64,000 nt of DNA from Myxococcota bacterium (GCA_965247115.1 CBDFGR010000003.1:1987867-2051866), one strand, 5' to 3'. Counted from the first letter of the stretch, positions 1-9,142 are shown. Notes: generated from the letters alone by a model not told the origin. Numbers and translations: made by a program.

Positions 1-7
1 CGACCCG

Positions 8-1765
8 TTGCGCGGACAGCGCGCGCTCCTGCTCGAGGTACCGAACCGGGGCCGACGGACAGCGACGGGCATGTTCAATCGCAGCGCCCGGGCATTCGAG
101 CCCACTCCCGAGATCGACGCCGGGGATGGCTTCCTGTTCCGCGAAGGCTGGTCGGTCGGTTGGTGCGGTTGGCAGTGGGACGTCCCTCGCGACGCGACGC
201 GCATGGGGCTGGACGTGCCGATCCTCGTGGACCCCGCAGGCGCTCCCGTTGCGGACTGGCTTCAACTCCGGCTTCAGCTCCACGCCCCATGCGCATCGGT
301 CAACCTCACGGATCAGCACGTCGGCTCGCTCGGTGTGCACAAGCGGATCCCCGCGGCGGACATCGACGATCCCGAGGCGAAGCTGCTCGCCCGGGATCGC
401 CTCTGGGACGAGCCCGTCGAGCTCGGGCGGGACCAGTGGCGCTTCGCGCGAGCGGATGGCGACACCGTAGTCGCGGATCCAGAACACGTCTGGCTCCGCG
501 GCGGCTTCGAACCGGGCCGCATCTACGACTTGGTCTACCGCACTGGGCGTTGCCCGGTGGCGGGCGTCGGGCTCCTCGCGGTTCGCGACCTGGCGACCTT
601 CTTTTCGAGCGACGCCGACGCGAACCCCGCGGCAGGCCGCATCGACCACGTCGTGGGAACCGGCCAGTCTCAGTGCGGCCGCTTCCTGCGCACGTTTCTG
701 CACCTTGGGCTGAACCGCACGGAGGACGGTGGAAGAGCGTTCGATGGAATCCTCGCGCACATTGCGGGCGGGCGCCGCGGCGAGTTCAACCACCGCCTCG
801 CACAGCCGTCCGTACAGCCAACGCCGAGCTTCGGACACCGCTTTCCGTTTGCGGACAACGCGCAGACCGACCCGCAGTCAGGGAACACCGACGGTCTGCT
901 CGCCCGGCTGCAGGAAGCTGGCTCCCTGCCCAAGGTGATCTACACGAACACCGCAGCGGAGTACTGGCGCGGCGACGCCTCGCTCGCGCACACCTCCGTC
1001 ATCGACGGAGGCGATGTCGCGCTTCCCGACGAGACGCGGCACTACCTGTTCGCCTCCACCCAGCACGGCCCGGGCTCCCTGCCGCTGATCGACCTCAGTC
1101 TCTTCGGCAGCCGCGGGGGCAACTGCTTCAACGTCGTCGATTACACGCCGCTCATGCGAGCGGCGCTCACGAATCTACTTCGCTGGGTCGCCGACGATAC
1201 GGCGCCACCCCCGAGCGTGGTCCCTCGCGCGAGCGAGGGGACTGCGACCAGACGCGAGCAGGTGTTGGATGCCGTCTCGAAGATCCCGGGCATGGCTCGG
1301 CCGGACGGCAAGGGCCTGTGCACTCTTCGACCGATGGACCTCGGTCCGGGCGAGGCGTCCGGGGTTGGCTCTTTCCCCGCCCGCCCCATAGGCGACGAGT
1401 ACCCGTGTCGGGTCTCCGCGGTCGACGCAGACGGAAACGAGCTCGGCGGTATCCGCATGCCCGACGTCACCGTTCCCGTCGCAACCCACACCGGCTGGAA
1501 CCCGCGCCACGCGAGCACCGGCGCGTCGGACCAGCTCTTGGAGTACCTGGGGTCCACAATCCCGTTCGCCGTCGATCGACAGACCCGCGAGGCCAGGGGA
1601 GACCCGCGAGCGTCGCTCGAAGAGCGCTATCGCGACGCGCACGACTATCTGGACCAAGTTCGCGAGGCGGCAACGCAACTGGCGACACAGGGCTACCTGC
1701 TCGCTGCCGACGTCGAGCTATGCGTCCGGCTAGCCAAACACCGCTACGCCGCCTGCACCAGCTGA
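8..1765 (+). CDS. Alpha/beta-hydrolase-fold domain protein (uncharacterised family, probably 5'-truncated by the window edge)
   Basis: 585-aa ORF that opens at the first in-frame codon of the window (TTG at 8). It contains a nucleophile-elbow-like GTGQSQCG motif and resembles conserved 'alpha/beta hydrolase domain-containing' hypotheticals. No start context is visible. Confidence 0.5.
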   Translation: MRGQRALLLEVPNRGRRTATGMFNRSARAFEPTPEIDAGDGFLFREGWSVGWCGWQWDVPRDATRMGLDVPILVDPAGAPVADWLQLRLQLHAPCASVNLTDQHVGSLGVHKRIPAADIDDPEAKLLARDRLWDEPVELGRDQWRFARADGDTVVADPEHVWLRGGFEPGRIYDLVYRTGRCPVAGVGLLAVRDLATFFSSDADANPAAGRIDHVVGTGQSQCGRFLRTFLHLGLNRTEDGGRAFDGILAHIAGGRRGEFNHRLAQPSVQPTPSFGHRFPFADNAQTDPQSGNTDGLLARLQEAGSLPKVIYTNTAAEYWRGDASLAHTSVIDGGDVALPDETRHYLFASTQHGPGSLPLIDLSLFGSRGGNCFNVVDYTPLMRAALTNLLRWVADDTAPPPSVVPRASEGTATRREQVLDAVSKIPGMARPDGKGLCTLRPMDLGPGEASGVGSFPARPIGDEYPCRVSAVDADGNELGGIRMPDVTVPVATHTGWNPRHASTGASDQLLEYLGSTIPFAVDRQTREARGDPRASLEERYRDAHDYLDQVREAATQLATQGYLLAADVELCVRLAKHRYAACTS

Positions 1766-1848
1766 GTATCTGACAGAGGCTGCCGGAGTTAGCCTGCTCG
1801 CGAAGCCCCAGGCTTTTAGCCATTGAAGCAGACACGCCGACGCGAGAA

Positions 1849-2649
1849 TCACGGGGCGGGTCCGTGCTCCCCGCCATCCACCAAACCGAGGCCACGCCAG
1901 GCGTCGAATCCGAGCAACTGTCGGAGACGGCCAGGCTGACGGGCCTGCTCGACCACATGGTCGGCGAGGGACACGAACCAGTTTTCCTGAGTGCGAATGT
2001 AGGGCCGCGTGTAGTAGGCGAACACACCGGCTCGGGTCTGGTCCGCCGTGCAGTTGCACCCAGTGTGGTGCCACAGGCGACCGTCCATCACCGCGAGCGT
2101 GCCCGCCGGTGCGACGAGCGGCAGCGTCGCAGGCGGCGGCCCTTCGTGGTCGGTGGGGCCGTGGTCGAGGCGGTGCGACCCCGGAACGTATCGAGTGGCG
2201 CCGTTGTCAGCGGTGAAATCGTCGAGCAACCACATGGCGTTGGCCGCCACGGGGTCGGCTGGATAGGGCGTGGGGAAGTAGCCCTGGTCGCAGTGCATCC
2301 GCATCTCGCCACCACCTGGCTCGGTGATGTTGCCACTGATGTTCGAGAGGAGAATGGCCCGTCCGAGCAGCGCTTCGACGAGTTCGAGCGCCGTCGGGTC
2401 GATACTCAGATCGACGAACTCCTGGCCGTGGTTCAAAAGCGTCCAGATCCGCTGGTTCGTGAGATCGGCGTCGAGCCGGTACCCACGGCTATTGGACGGC
2501 GAAGCGCGGGCGACCTCGTACAGGCGCGCTCGGGTACGGTCCAAGCGGCCGGGCTCCAGGGCGCGCGCCACGAGGCACAGCCCGTGGTCGGCCAAATCGC
2601 GGCGCGCCGCGTCGAGATCCCCGGTGAGTTGCGGGCCCCCTGAACTCAT
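1849..2649 (-). CDS. Phytanoyl-CoA dioxygenase (PhyH) family Fe(II)/2-oxoglutarate-dependent oxygenase
   Basis: PhyH-like core (…WHHTGCNCTADQTRAGVFAYYTRPYIR…, HxD…H pattern). The start was reassigned to the internal ATG (MSSGGPQL…) at 2649, which leaves a 5-nt gap to the upstream MFS gene. The longer track ORF (to 3015) would overlap that MFS gene. Confidence 0.7.
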   Translation of the reverse strand: MSSGGPQLTGDLDAARRDLADHGLCLVARALEPGRLDRTRARLYEVARASPSNSRGYRLDADLTNQRIWTLLNHGQEFVDLSIDPTALELVEALLGRAILLSNISGNITEPGGGEMRMHCDQGYFPTPYPADPVAANAMWLLDDFTADNGATRYVPGSHRLDHGPTDHEGPPPATLPLVAPAGTLAVMDGRLWHHTGCNCTADQTRAGVFAYYTRPYIRTQENWFVSLADHVVEQARQPGRLRQLLGFDAWRGLGLVDGGEHGPAP

Positions 2650-2654
2650 CAGCT

Positions 2655-3890
2655 CTAGCCAGTCTCGCGCAACGCGCTCGTCGCAACAGGATCCGCCGCC
2701 GACTGCGCGGAGGGACCGGTTTCGCGAAGAGTGGAGAAGAGCAGGACCGCGAGCAGGTAGCAGAAGGTCCAGAAGGCGAAGCCGACGATCGGCTCGACGC
2801 TGACCAGCCTCATCCCGATCACGGGCCCGATGAAGCCACCCGCAAATCCCCCGGTGATGGCGACACCCATCGCGGAGCCCGCCAGCCGCGGTCCCGGCGG
2901 ATTCATCTCCAGCGGCACGATGAAGATCAGCACTACCGCACCGCTGAAGAACCCGAAGCACGCTGCCAGCCCCATCAGGAGCGAGCCGCTGACCAGCGCG
3001 ATGGAGAGAACACAAAGCCCGGCCGTCCCGATGCCCAGAATGAAGATGGGCTTGCGGCGCCCGAGGCGATCCGAGAGCAGGGGAAGCAGCAGGGAGCCGG
3101 CCATGAAGGCCCAGGAAAGGATGCTCACGAAAAGCCCCGCGCCCTCGGGCCCCATCCCGCGCACCTCATTGAGGAAGGTGACAATGTAGCCCATCACCGA
3201 GAGGTCACTCCCGATGAAGAGCATGTAGCAGCCGGCGAGGATCCAGACGCCGCGCACCTCTAGCACGCGGCGCACCCCGACGAGAAGCGGCACTGGAGCT
3301 GCGCCGCTGTGCGACGGCGAGCCGTCGCGGACCGAGAGCAGCCATAGCGTGGCAACGGCCAGAGTAGCCCAGGCGGTCGCCTCGGACAGACCGCGCCAGC
3401 CGCCGAAGAACTCGGAAAGCACGGGCGCCGCCATGCCGACGGCCGTGAAGCCAACCCCGGCGCCCGCTGCGGCGAGTCCATTGGCGAAGCCGAGCTGCTC
3501 GGCCGGGAACCAGAGTCCGAGCGCCTTGGGAACGTTGGGAAGGATCGTCCCCAGTGCGACGCCGAAGAGCACCATCGAGCCAAACATCTCGACCAGGCCC
3601 TGCAGCTGCGCGCGCAGTAGCAGGGAGCCGGCGACCAGCACAAGCCCTGCACCGATCACGACGCGCACACCGTAGCGATCGGCCAGCGCGCCGGCGATGA
3701 TCGCGAACAGGCAAACGCCGAGAGAGATTCCCGCCCAGAGCAATCCCCAATCCGCGATCTCCAGGGACAGATCTCCGAGGATCTCGGGAACCAGCATGAT
3801 CACGTAGTTCCAGGCGAAGCCAACGACCAGAACGTTGACGAGAATCACAGTCGCGAGGATCCACCAGCGATAGCTGGAGCCCGTGTTCAC
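2655..3890 (-). CDS. MFS transporter
   Basis: 411 aa with about 12 predicted transmembrane segments and a typical MFS hydrophobic profile. GTG start at 3890. Co-directional with and 5 nt upstream of the PhyH gene. Confidence 0.75.
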   Translation of the reverse strand: MNTGSSYRWWILATVILVNVLVVGFAWNYVIMLVPEILGDLSLEIADWGLLWAGISLGVCLFAIIAGALADRYGVRVVIGAGLVLVAGSLLLRAQLQGLVEMFGSMVLFGVALGTILPNVPKALGLWFPAEQLGFANGLAAAGAGVGFTAVGMAAPVLSEFFGGWRGLSEATAWATLAVATLWLLSVRDGSPSHSGAAPVPLLVGVRRVLEVRGVWILAGCYMLFIGSDLSVMGYIVTFLNEVRGMGPEGAGLFVSILSWAFMAGSLLLPLLSDRLGRRKPIFILGIGTAGLCVLSIALVSGSLLMGLAACFGFFSGAVVLIFIVPLEMNPPGPRLAGSAMGVAITGGFAGGFIGPVIGMRLVSVEPIVGFAFWTFCYLLAVLLFSTLRETGPSAQSAADPVATSALRETG

Positions 3891-3948
3891 TCAGTCACAC
3901 CTCCTTCGAGAGTGTACTCCGAGTCCTCTCGAGGGGAGAGTGGTCGAG

Positions 3949-4407
3949 CTAGAGCCCGCCCTGCGCGTTGCTTTCGAGCACGCCGGACACCTGGAGTTGA
4001 GCGATCAGTCTGCGGCGCGTTTCCGTCACGTTCGTCAGAGGCTCCGCCCGAAGCGCAGCGACCTCGCGGGCCGTGTACGGCACGAAGGGCCGCGGAAGCT
4101 CGGCGCGGCTGAAGGTGAGGAGCGTCCAGTTCAGGACGGCGGCCAGGCGCTCATCACCCAGCGGGGCCATGGCCACGCCCGGCACGCGCGCCAGAAACTC
4201 CCGCCCCTCCTCCAGGTGGAGGAAGTATCCCGTGAAGCCTGCCAGCGCCGGCACCGCGCCGGGCACGCCCCTCCCATCGACGAGATGACAACCCTGGCAG
4301 GAGCGCGCGTAATCCTCCGCGGCCAGCCTGAGCTCTGCATCTCCTGCGCTCGCGGAGTGGACCATTCCCGCGGCGAGCAGCAGCGCCACGACCCAGATCC
4401 ATCCCAC
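3949..4407 (-). CDS. Mono-haem c-type cytochrome (putative electron acceptor of the amine dehydrogenase)
   Basis: Single CQGCH haem-binding motif. Sec-type signal peptide (RVGWIWVVALLLAAGMVHSASA) if started at GTG 4407; an internal ATG at 4365 would cut the signal peptide. The long track ORF 3949..5205 is an alternative-frame artefact across mauA/mauB. Confidence 0.6.
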   Translation of the reverse strand: MGWIWVVALLLAAGMVHSASAGDAELRLAAEDYARSCQGCHLVDGRGVPGAVPALAGFTGYFLHLEEGREFLARVPGVAMAPLGDERLAAVLNWTLLTFSRAELPRPFVPYTAREVAALRAEPLTNVTETRRRLIAQLQVSGVLESNAQGGL

Positions 4408-4412
4408 GCGGG

Positions 4413-4934
4413 TCAGCTCACGCGGCGGACGATGGCGGCGCTCGAGCAATGATACACCATGCTCGGGGCGCCGAAGCACCACAAGATGTCGTTGTTCAGG
4501 GCCGGCCGATAGACCGGCATCTCGCCCTCTGTGTTGAGGCAGGAGCAGCGGCCGCAGCTGCCCTTCCCGCAGCAGTCTCGATAGGCAAGCAGATAGGTTT
4601 GGCCGTCGTCCGGATTGATGCAGCTGCCGACCCAGGCTGTCGGAGAAGGGGTGCTGCCCGGCGGACACACGTTCGGACCCCCGCCGCAGCAGCTGCACAT
4701 GTAGCCGTCGATGGCGCAGTAGCGCCAGTAGTTGCACTGGGTCGGATCGTTGGTCTGGGCACTGGCGGCGAAGAGCTCCTTCGAGCCCCGGCGATCGAAC
4801 GGCAGCAGGGGAAGCAGCGCTCCCCCCACAAGCACCATTCCCACCCGAGTGAGGAAGTGCCGCCGGGAAGTGCCCCGCGCGAAGCGTCGGCTGACTCGCT
4901 CGACCGAGCGATCGATCCAGGTGCTGGGCTTCAT
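4413..4934 (-). CDS. mauA: Methylamine/aromatic-amine dehydrogenase light (TTQ-bearing) subunit
   Basis: Long twin-arginine leader (SRRHFLTRVGMVLVGGALLPLL). The mature part is Cys-rich with MauA-like blocks (CxYWRYCxIDGxxC…CPPGS…SW…SCxNPxDGQxYLxAYRDCCG…CxCLN…PVYRP…WCFG…YHC). Confidence 0.8.
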   Translation of the reverse strand: MKPSTWIDRSVERVSRRFARGTSRRHFLTRVGMVLVGGALLPLLPFDRRGSKELFAASAQTNDPTQCNYWRYCAIDGYMCSCCGGGPNVCPPGSTPSPTAWVGSCINPDDGQTYLLAYRDCCGKGSCGRCSCLNTEGEMPVYRPALNNDILWCFGAPSMVYHCSSAAIVRRVS

Positions 4935-4958
4935 GATCGCGTGCCTCCTCGGCGTGGC

Positions 4959-6143
4959 TCACTCGCCGTACACGTGGAGCACGAGCGGCGAAGACCCGAG
5001 CTCGTCGACCGACCCGAGCTGTCGTCCCGAACCCACGTCGTAGATCGCAAGCGTCGCCGACTCCGAGAGTGCGTAGAGCTGCGGACTCTCGTCCTGACTG
5101 ACGGCGATCGAGACGGACGGATGCTCGAGCGAAATGCGGGCGATGCGCTTGCGCTTCTCGATGTCGAACACCCACACCTCCGTGCCCGCCTGCTTGTGGG
5201 TCCACTCAGGTCCCCGGTGCATCAGCACAAAGAGCCGGCCTCGGGGGCCGTGCCAGGCCACCGGCTGCCATCCGCCCGGACGCCAACCCTCCTCCCGATC
5301 CGGCTCCCCCACAGACGACCAGGGCCCCTCGAAGCTGGGCTCTGGTGCCGCGAGGTCCGCGCGGTAGACCTTTCCGCCGTAGGAGACGAAGTAGGCCCGC
5401 GCCCGCCGCGTGAGGAACGCGGGATGCTCGAACACGGGATCCTGCTGGGCGTCGAAGAAGCTCTGGCTGAGGACGCTCTCGGCCTTCCCCTCCTCATCGA
5501 AGCTCACCGTCCGGAGCGATCCGTTGGCGCAGATCATCGAGAAGCGGCGCGGCGCGGATGGGAACACGAGCGCGCATCCCGGCGTCTCCACGTCGGCCAG
5601 GTACGTGCGGCTCTTCACGTCGATGATGCTCACGGTGGTAGCCGGCGCCATGTTGAAGGACAGGAAGTACCTGCCGTCAGGCGTCACGCCGGCGTTGTGC
5701 TTCTTGCTCACGACCAGGAAGCGGCCGTTGGGAAGGACCACCTCCCCGGTCGGATCGAGGGTGCGAGCGTCGAAGAAGCTCACCACGTCGGTTCGCTCGC
5801 CACGCGTCCCACGCGACCAGAAGGTCTCGGCGATGTAGAGCTCACTGTGATCTGGAGCCAGTACGAAGTTCGGCACGTAGCCGGCGTTCAGCATCCCGAT
5901 CACCGCGCGTCGGTCCCCGTCGATGATGTAGGTCTTCGCGGCGATGAGATGGGGAAAGACCGGGTCGACCACGTAGACGCGGTGCGCACCTGCGGGCTCC
6001 AGGGTGGCCGTCGTGTGCGCCTCGGCCAGCTGGGGCTCAGCCTCCTCCGGAAGCTGTGCCGCCGCCGGGAGCGCCAGCCCGACCAGCAGAGCGCCGGCCA
6101 GCGCGACGCCCCGGAGGTTCCTTGAGCTCTTATACCTCGGCAT
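4959..6143 (-). CDS. mauB: Methylamine/aromatic-amine dehydrogenase heavy subunit (7-bladed beta-propeller)
   Basis: Signal peptide, then MADH heavy-chain-like sequence (…LAPDHSELYIAETFWSRGTRGERTDVVSFFDARTL…). Lies immediately upstream of mauA on the same strand. Confidence 0.8.
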   Translation of the reverse strand: MPRYKSSRNLRGVALAGALLVGLALPAAAQLPEEAEPQLAEAHTTATLEPAGAHRVYVVDPVFPHLIAAKTYIIDGDRRAVIGMLNAGYVPNFVLAPDHSELYIAETFWSRGTRGERTDVVSFFDARTLDPTGEVVLPNGRFLVVSKKHNAGVTPDGRYFLSFNMAPATTVSIIDVKSRTYLADVETPGCALVFPSAPRRFSMICANGSLRTVSFDEEGKAESVLSQSFFDAQQDPVFEHPAFLTRRARAYFVSYGGKVYRADLAAPEPSFEGPWSSVGEPDREEGWRPGGWQPVAWHGPRGRLFVLMHRGPEWTHKQAGTEVWVFDIEKRKRIARISLEHPSVSIAVSQDESPQLYALSESATLAIYDVGSGRQLGSVDELGSSPLVLHVYGE

Positions 6144-6255
6144 CCGACAGCTTGTTGCCAGGGTTCTGAAAGGGCGGCGCGAATCCCACGCGCATGGGGT
6201 CCTCCAGCTGGATATTGCTCAGCCTATCACGCTGAATCGGGGTACAGTGCTGGTC

Positions 6256-7131
6256 ATGAAGTTCGGCTACCTGTCCCTGAACCATATTGGCGGGCTCCGT
6301 CCCGATGTCCTCGCGAAGGAGCTCGAAGACCGCGGCTTTGACTCGGTGTGGATGCCCGAGCACAGCCACATCCCCGTGAGTCGCGATACTGCCTATCCAG
6401 GCGGGGACCAGCTCCCAGATGGCTACTCGCACATGATGGATCCGTTCGTCTCGCTGACGGCGGCTGCGTCCGCGACCTTGACGATCAAGCTCTGCACCGG
6501 TATCTGCCTCGTACTGGAGCACGACCTGCTGGATCTAGCCTGCACGGTCGCGACAATCGACGCGCTGACTGGCGGGCGCGTGCTGCTCGGGATCGGTGTG
6601 GGGTGGAACCGTGAGGAGCTGGCGAACCACCGCCCCGACCTGCCGTTCAAGCTGCGGTACTCGGCAATGCGAGAGCGGGTGGCTGCCCTGCGCACCATCT
6701 GGACCAGCGAGGAGCCCGAGTACACGGGCCGCTGGGATCGCTTCACCGCGTCATGGGTCTATCCCAAGCCTGTCCAGCAACCCGTGCCCATCGCTCTTGG
6801 CAACGCTGGGCCCCTAGGGATACGGCACGCCGCGGAGTACGCCGACGCTTGGTGTCCCATCGATGCCTCGCTGGTTCCGCTCGGCGGTCCGGCGGATGCA
6901 ATCCCGATGTTCCGGGACCTAGCCGCCAAGTCCGACCGCGATCCAGATGCGATCCCCATCAGCGTGTTCTCCTGGGGGCCACCGAACCAGCACCGCTTCG
7001 AGCAGTATCGAGCTCTAGGGGTCCACCGGGTCGTGTTGCCTCCGCCGTCGATGAACACAACGGACGCGGACCGCACGCTCGAGTACCTCGACGAGGCGCT
7101 GCCGCTGCTGAGCGAGTTCGACGAAGCTTGA
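6256..7131 (+). CDS. Luciferase-like (LLM-class) flavin/F420-dependent oxidoreductase
   Basis: The ATG at 6256 (MKFGYLSLNHIGG…) gives a 291-aa TIM-barrel LLM protein (…VWMPEHSHIP…, …LLGIGVGWNREE…). The upstream part of the track ORF (6004-6255) overlaps the mauB start region and is not coding. Divergent from mauB. Confidence 0.75.
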   Translation: MKFGYLSLNHIGGLRPDVLAKELEDRGFDSVWMPEHSHIPVSRDTAYPGGDQLPDGYSHMMDPFVSLTAAASATLTIKLCTGICLVLEHDLLDLACTVATIDALTGGRVLLGIGVGWNREELANHRPDLPFKLRYSAMRERVAALRTIWTSEEPEYTGRWDRFTASWVYPKPVQQPVPIALGNAGPLGIRHAAEYADAWCPIDASLVPLGGPADAIPMFRDLAAKSDRDPDAIPISVFSWGPPNQHRFEQYRALGVHRVVLPPPSMNTTDADRTLEYLDEALPLLSEFDEA

Positions 7132-7174
7132 GGACGTAGTACTCCTCGCATCGCCGAGGCGTGGAGGGGATCTC

Positions 7175-7564
7175 TCAGGCGAGCGCCGCCGCAACGAAGA
7201 GGCCAATGACGCAGAGTAGGCCTACCAGGAACGCTGCACTCCGTCCCTTGTCAAAGTCATTGATATAGAAGATGCCGTGCAGAACTCGGGCGGCGACCCA
7301 GACCAGACAAAGAGCCGCCGCCGAGCCGGCGCCGGCGCCGACCAGGTGATTGACGATAACGGCTGGCGCGAAGATCCCGAGTGCCTCCCAGGCATTCGCC
7401 TGGGCGGCGACTACCCGACCTCCCTTCCCGGTCAGCCTCGCAGCCTGGGCCCGGGGCTCCTTGCTGTCGGGTCCCCCCAGCTCTTTCAAGTACGGCAGAC
7501 GGGCGGTCGCCCAGACGTAGGGAAGCAGGACTCCAGCAAACAGGCACCAGAACGGAACGGTCAT
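7175..7564 (-). CDS. MAPEG-family membrane protein (microsomal GST-like)
   Basis: 129 aa with 3-4 transmembrane helices and a MAPEG-like hydropathy and motif pattern. Confidence 0.6.
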   Translation of the reverse strand: MTVPFWCLFAGVLLPYVWATARLPYLKELGGPDSKEPRAQAARLTGKGGRVVAAQANAWEALGIFAPAVIVNHLVGAGAGSAAALCLVWVAARVLHGIFYINDFDKGRSAAFLVGLLCVIGLFVAAALA

Positions 7565-7591
7565 CGCCCTCTCCTACCGACGCGCCTCAAA

Positions 7592-9142
7592 TCAGGCTGC
7601 CATCAACTCCATCGCGTGACGGTACACGCTGTGCTCCTTGCCGGCATGAATCACAGCGGCGGACTTGGCGGCGGAGACCATGTGCAACCATCGGAAGGGC
7701 TCGCGCGTCGAATAGTACTCGTCGGCGATGGCCTGGAAGTGCTTCAGCGAGTGCATTTCGGTGAAATCGTCGCGACACGCGATCTCCGCAAGTCTGTCGA
7801 AGTAGGCTCGCGGGTCGTAGCCCTTGTCCGAGTACTGGCGTGCGAGTGCGATCGAGTTTCTGACCTCGTCGGGTGCAACCGTCATCGCGACACCGATCTG
7901 TCGCCAATCGAGCCACGGTTGACCTTCGATGCTGTCGGTAATGGCGTCGAGCAACTCCTCCTGGCCGCGGTCTGGCAGCGATGCCGAGATATCTGGGGCG
8001 AGATTTGACTCCCAATTCAAAAGCCGCTCGGCCAGCAGCACTTCGGGCCCCGTAAAGCCCGTCAGGAGACCCAGGAGCTTGTTCCTGAGACTGACGCCGT
8101 TCTGCGAGAGTAGATAACGGCGATTGTTGGTCCCGGTATGTAGATGCGAGTCCATGGGGTTGCCGTAGCTAGTGGACAGGTACGCGGCCGCGGAACCGAT
8201 CGACAGCGCTTCCCCCGCGCCTTCCAACGACAATCCCGAGGCCAACGCCTCCGCCATGAGTTCGATGTTGTCGAGATACTTCTTGGTCCTACCCATCTGC
8301 AGCCCCAGCTCGCCAATTCGAGTCGTTTCGGCTGGTGTGCTTTCTTCCTGGATGTCGATTTCGAGCAGCTTGTATGTGTCCAGTAGCGCTTCCACCTCAG
8401 CGAAGTCGAACACCTTCGGGAGCAGGCGCGAGGGCCTACGCGCCTGGTAGCGCACTGCGGGTCGGGCCAGCACGCTCGCCCACTCCCAACCCAGCCAATC
8501 GAGAGCGCGTGCCGTGTACACGGGATATATGAAGTTGTGATCGTCCATCCCGTTGCGTGCAATTGCGAGCGGTAGCAGCTGATCCAGGGATTCGCCGGGT
8601 GAAAGGTGATTCAGGAGCCACAGGAAGTAGTGTTCCGCTGCCGGGGCCTCCATGGCCCGCAGGCTCTTGTGAAACGCGCCCTTGGTCGCCTCGATGCCAT
8701 GCGTCGCATCCTTCGCGGCAGGCGCAAGACCTTCAGTCAGAGCTTCCTCAGAAACGTGAAAACTTTCAACGGAGCTCGGACGACCCTCGATGGGGTCGAT
8801 CTCGGCCATGACATAGGGACCCATGTGCGGTGAGTTCACGTGGTGGTTACACACGGCGGTGTGTTGAAGGACCGGAAGGTAGGAAAGCTCACCAGCGAGA
8901 CGTTGCGCAACCCGATGGACCGCGTGGACACCACACACGGGATGTAAGGGGCCACCGTGATGCTGCGGAGGAACCTCTGTAGAGCGCACAACCGCCAAGG
9001 AGTTCGCCCTAATCATCTGTGTGGCGGAGGTGCCATTTCTGAGCTTCTCGAGTGTCTGCTCCACAATTACGCGTGGGTCTGATTCCTCGACGAAGCGCAC
9101 GAGGCCTTCCACCTCGGGGTGAAACTGAATTGGTTTGAACAT
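7592..9142 (-). CDS. Conserved hypothetical protein (His-rich motifs, no recognisable domain)
   Basis: 516-aa ORF with consistent high-GC codon usage. No family could be assigned by eye. Confidence 0.55.
   Translation of the reverse strand: MFKPIQFHPEVEGLVRFVEESDPRVIVEQTLEKLRNGTSATQMIRANSLAVVRSTEVPPQHHGGPLHPVCGVHAVHRVAQRLAGELSYLPVLQHTAVCNHHVNSPHMGPYVMAEIDPIEGRPSSVESFHVSEEALTEGLAPAAKDATHGIEATKGAFHKSLRAMEAPAAEHYFLWLLNHLSPGESLDQLLPLAIARNGMDDHNFIYPVYTARALDWLGWEWASVLARPAVRYQARRPSRLLPKVFDFAEVEALLDTYKLLEIDIQEESTPAETTRIGELGLQMGRTKKYLDNIELMAEALASGLSLEGAGEALSIGSAAAYLSTSYGNPMDSHLHTGTNNRRYLLSQNGVSLRNKLLGLLTGFTGPEVLLAERLLNWESNLAPDISASLPDRGQEELLDAITDSIEGQPWLDWRQIGVAMTVAPDEVRNSIALARQYSDKGYDPRAYFDRLAEIACRDDFTEMHSLKHFQAIADEYYSTREPFRWLHMVSAAKSAAVIHAGKEHSVYRHAMELMAA

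Noticed and set aside
160-1773. 537-aa ORF in an alternative frame over the hydrolase gene. Similar long alternative-frame or antisense ORFs occur at 3949..5205, 4449..6125, 22382..23431, 23600..24454, 24979..26433, 29175..30773, 35404..36909, 40060..40995, 52115..52822 and elsewhere.
   Set aside because: They are Arg/Ala/Pro-rich low-complexity translations typical of stop-poor high-GC DNA. Each overlaps a gene with clear homology on another frame or strand.
3949-7131. Looked for mauG (di-haem CxxCH x2), mauE/mauD and amicyanin around mauBA
   Set aside because: Only a single-haem cytochrome is present. The luciferase-like gene and other neighbours lack haem or cupredoxin motifs, so no maturation genes are called.
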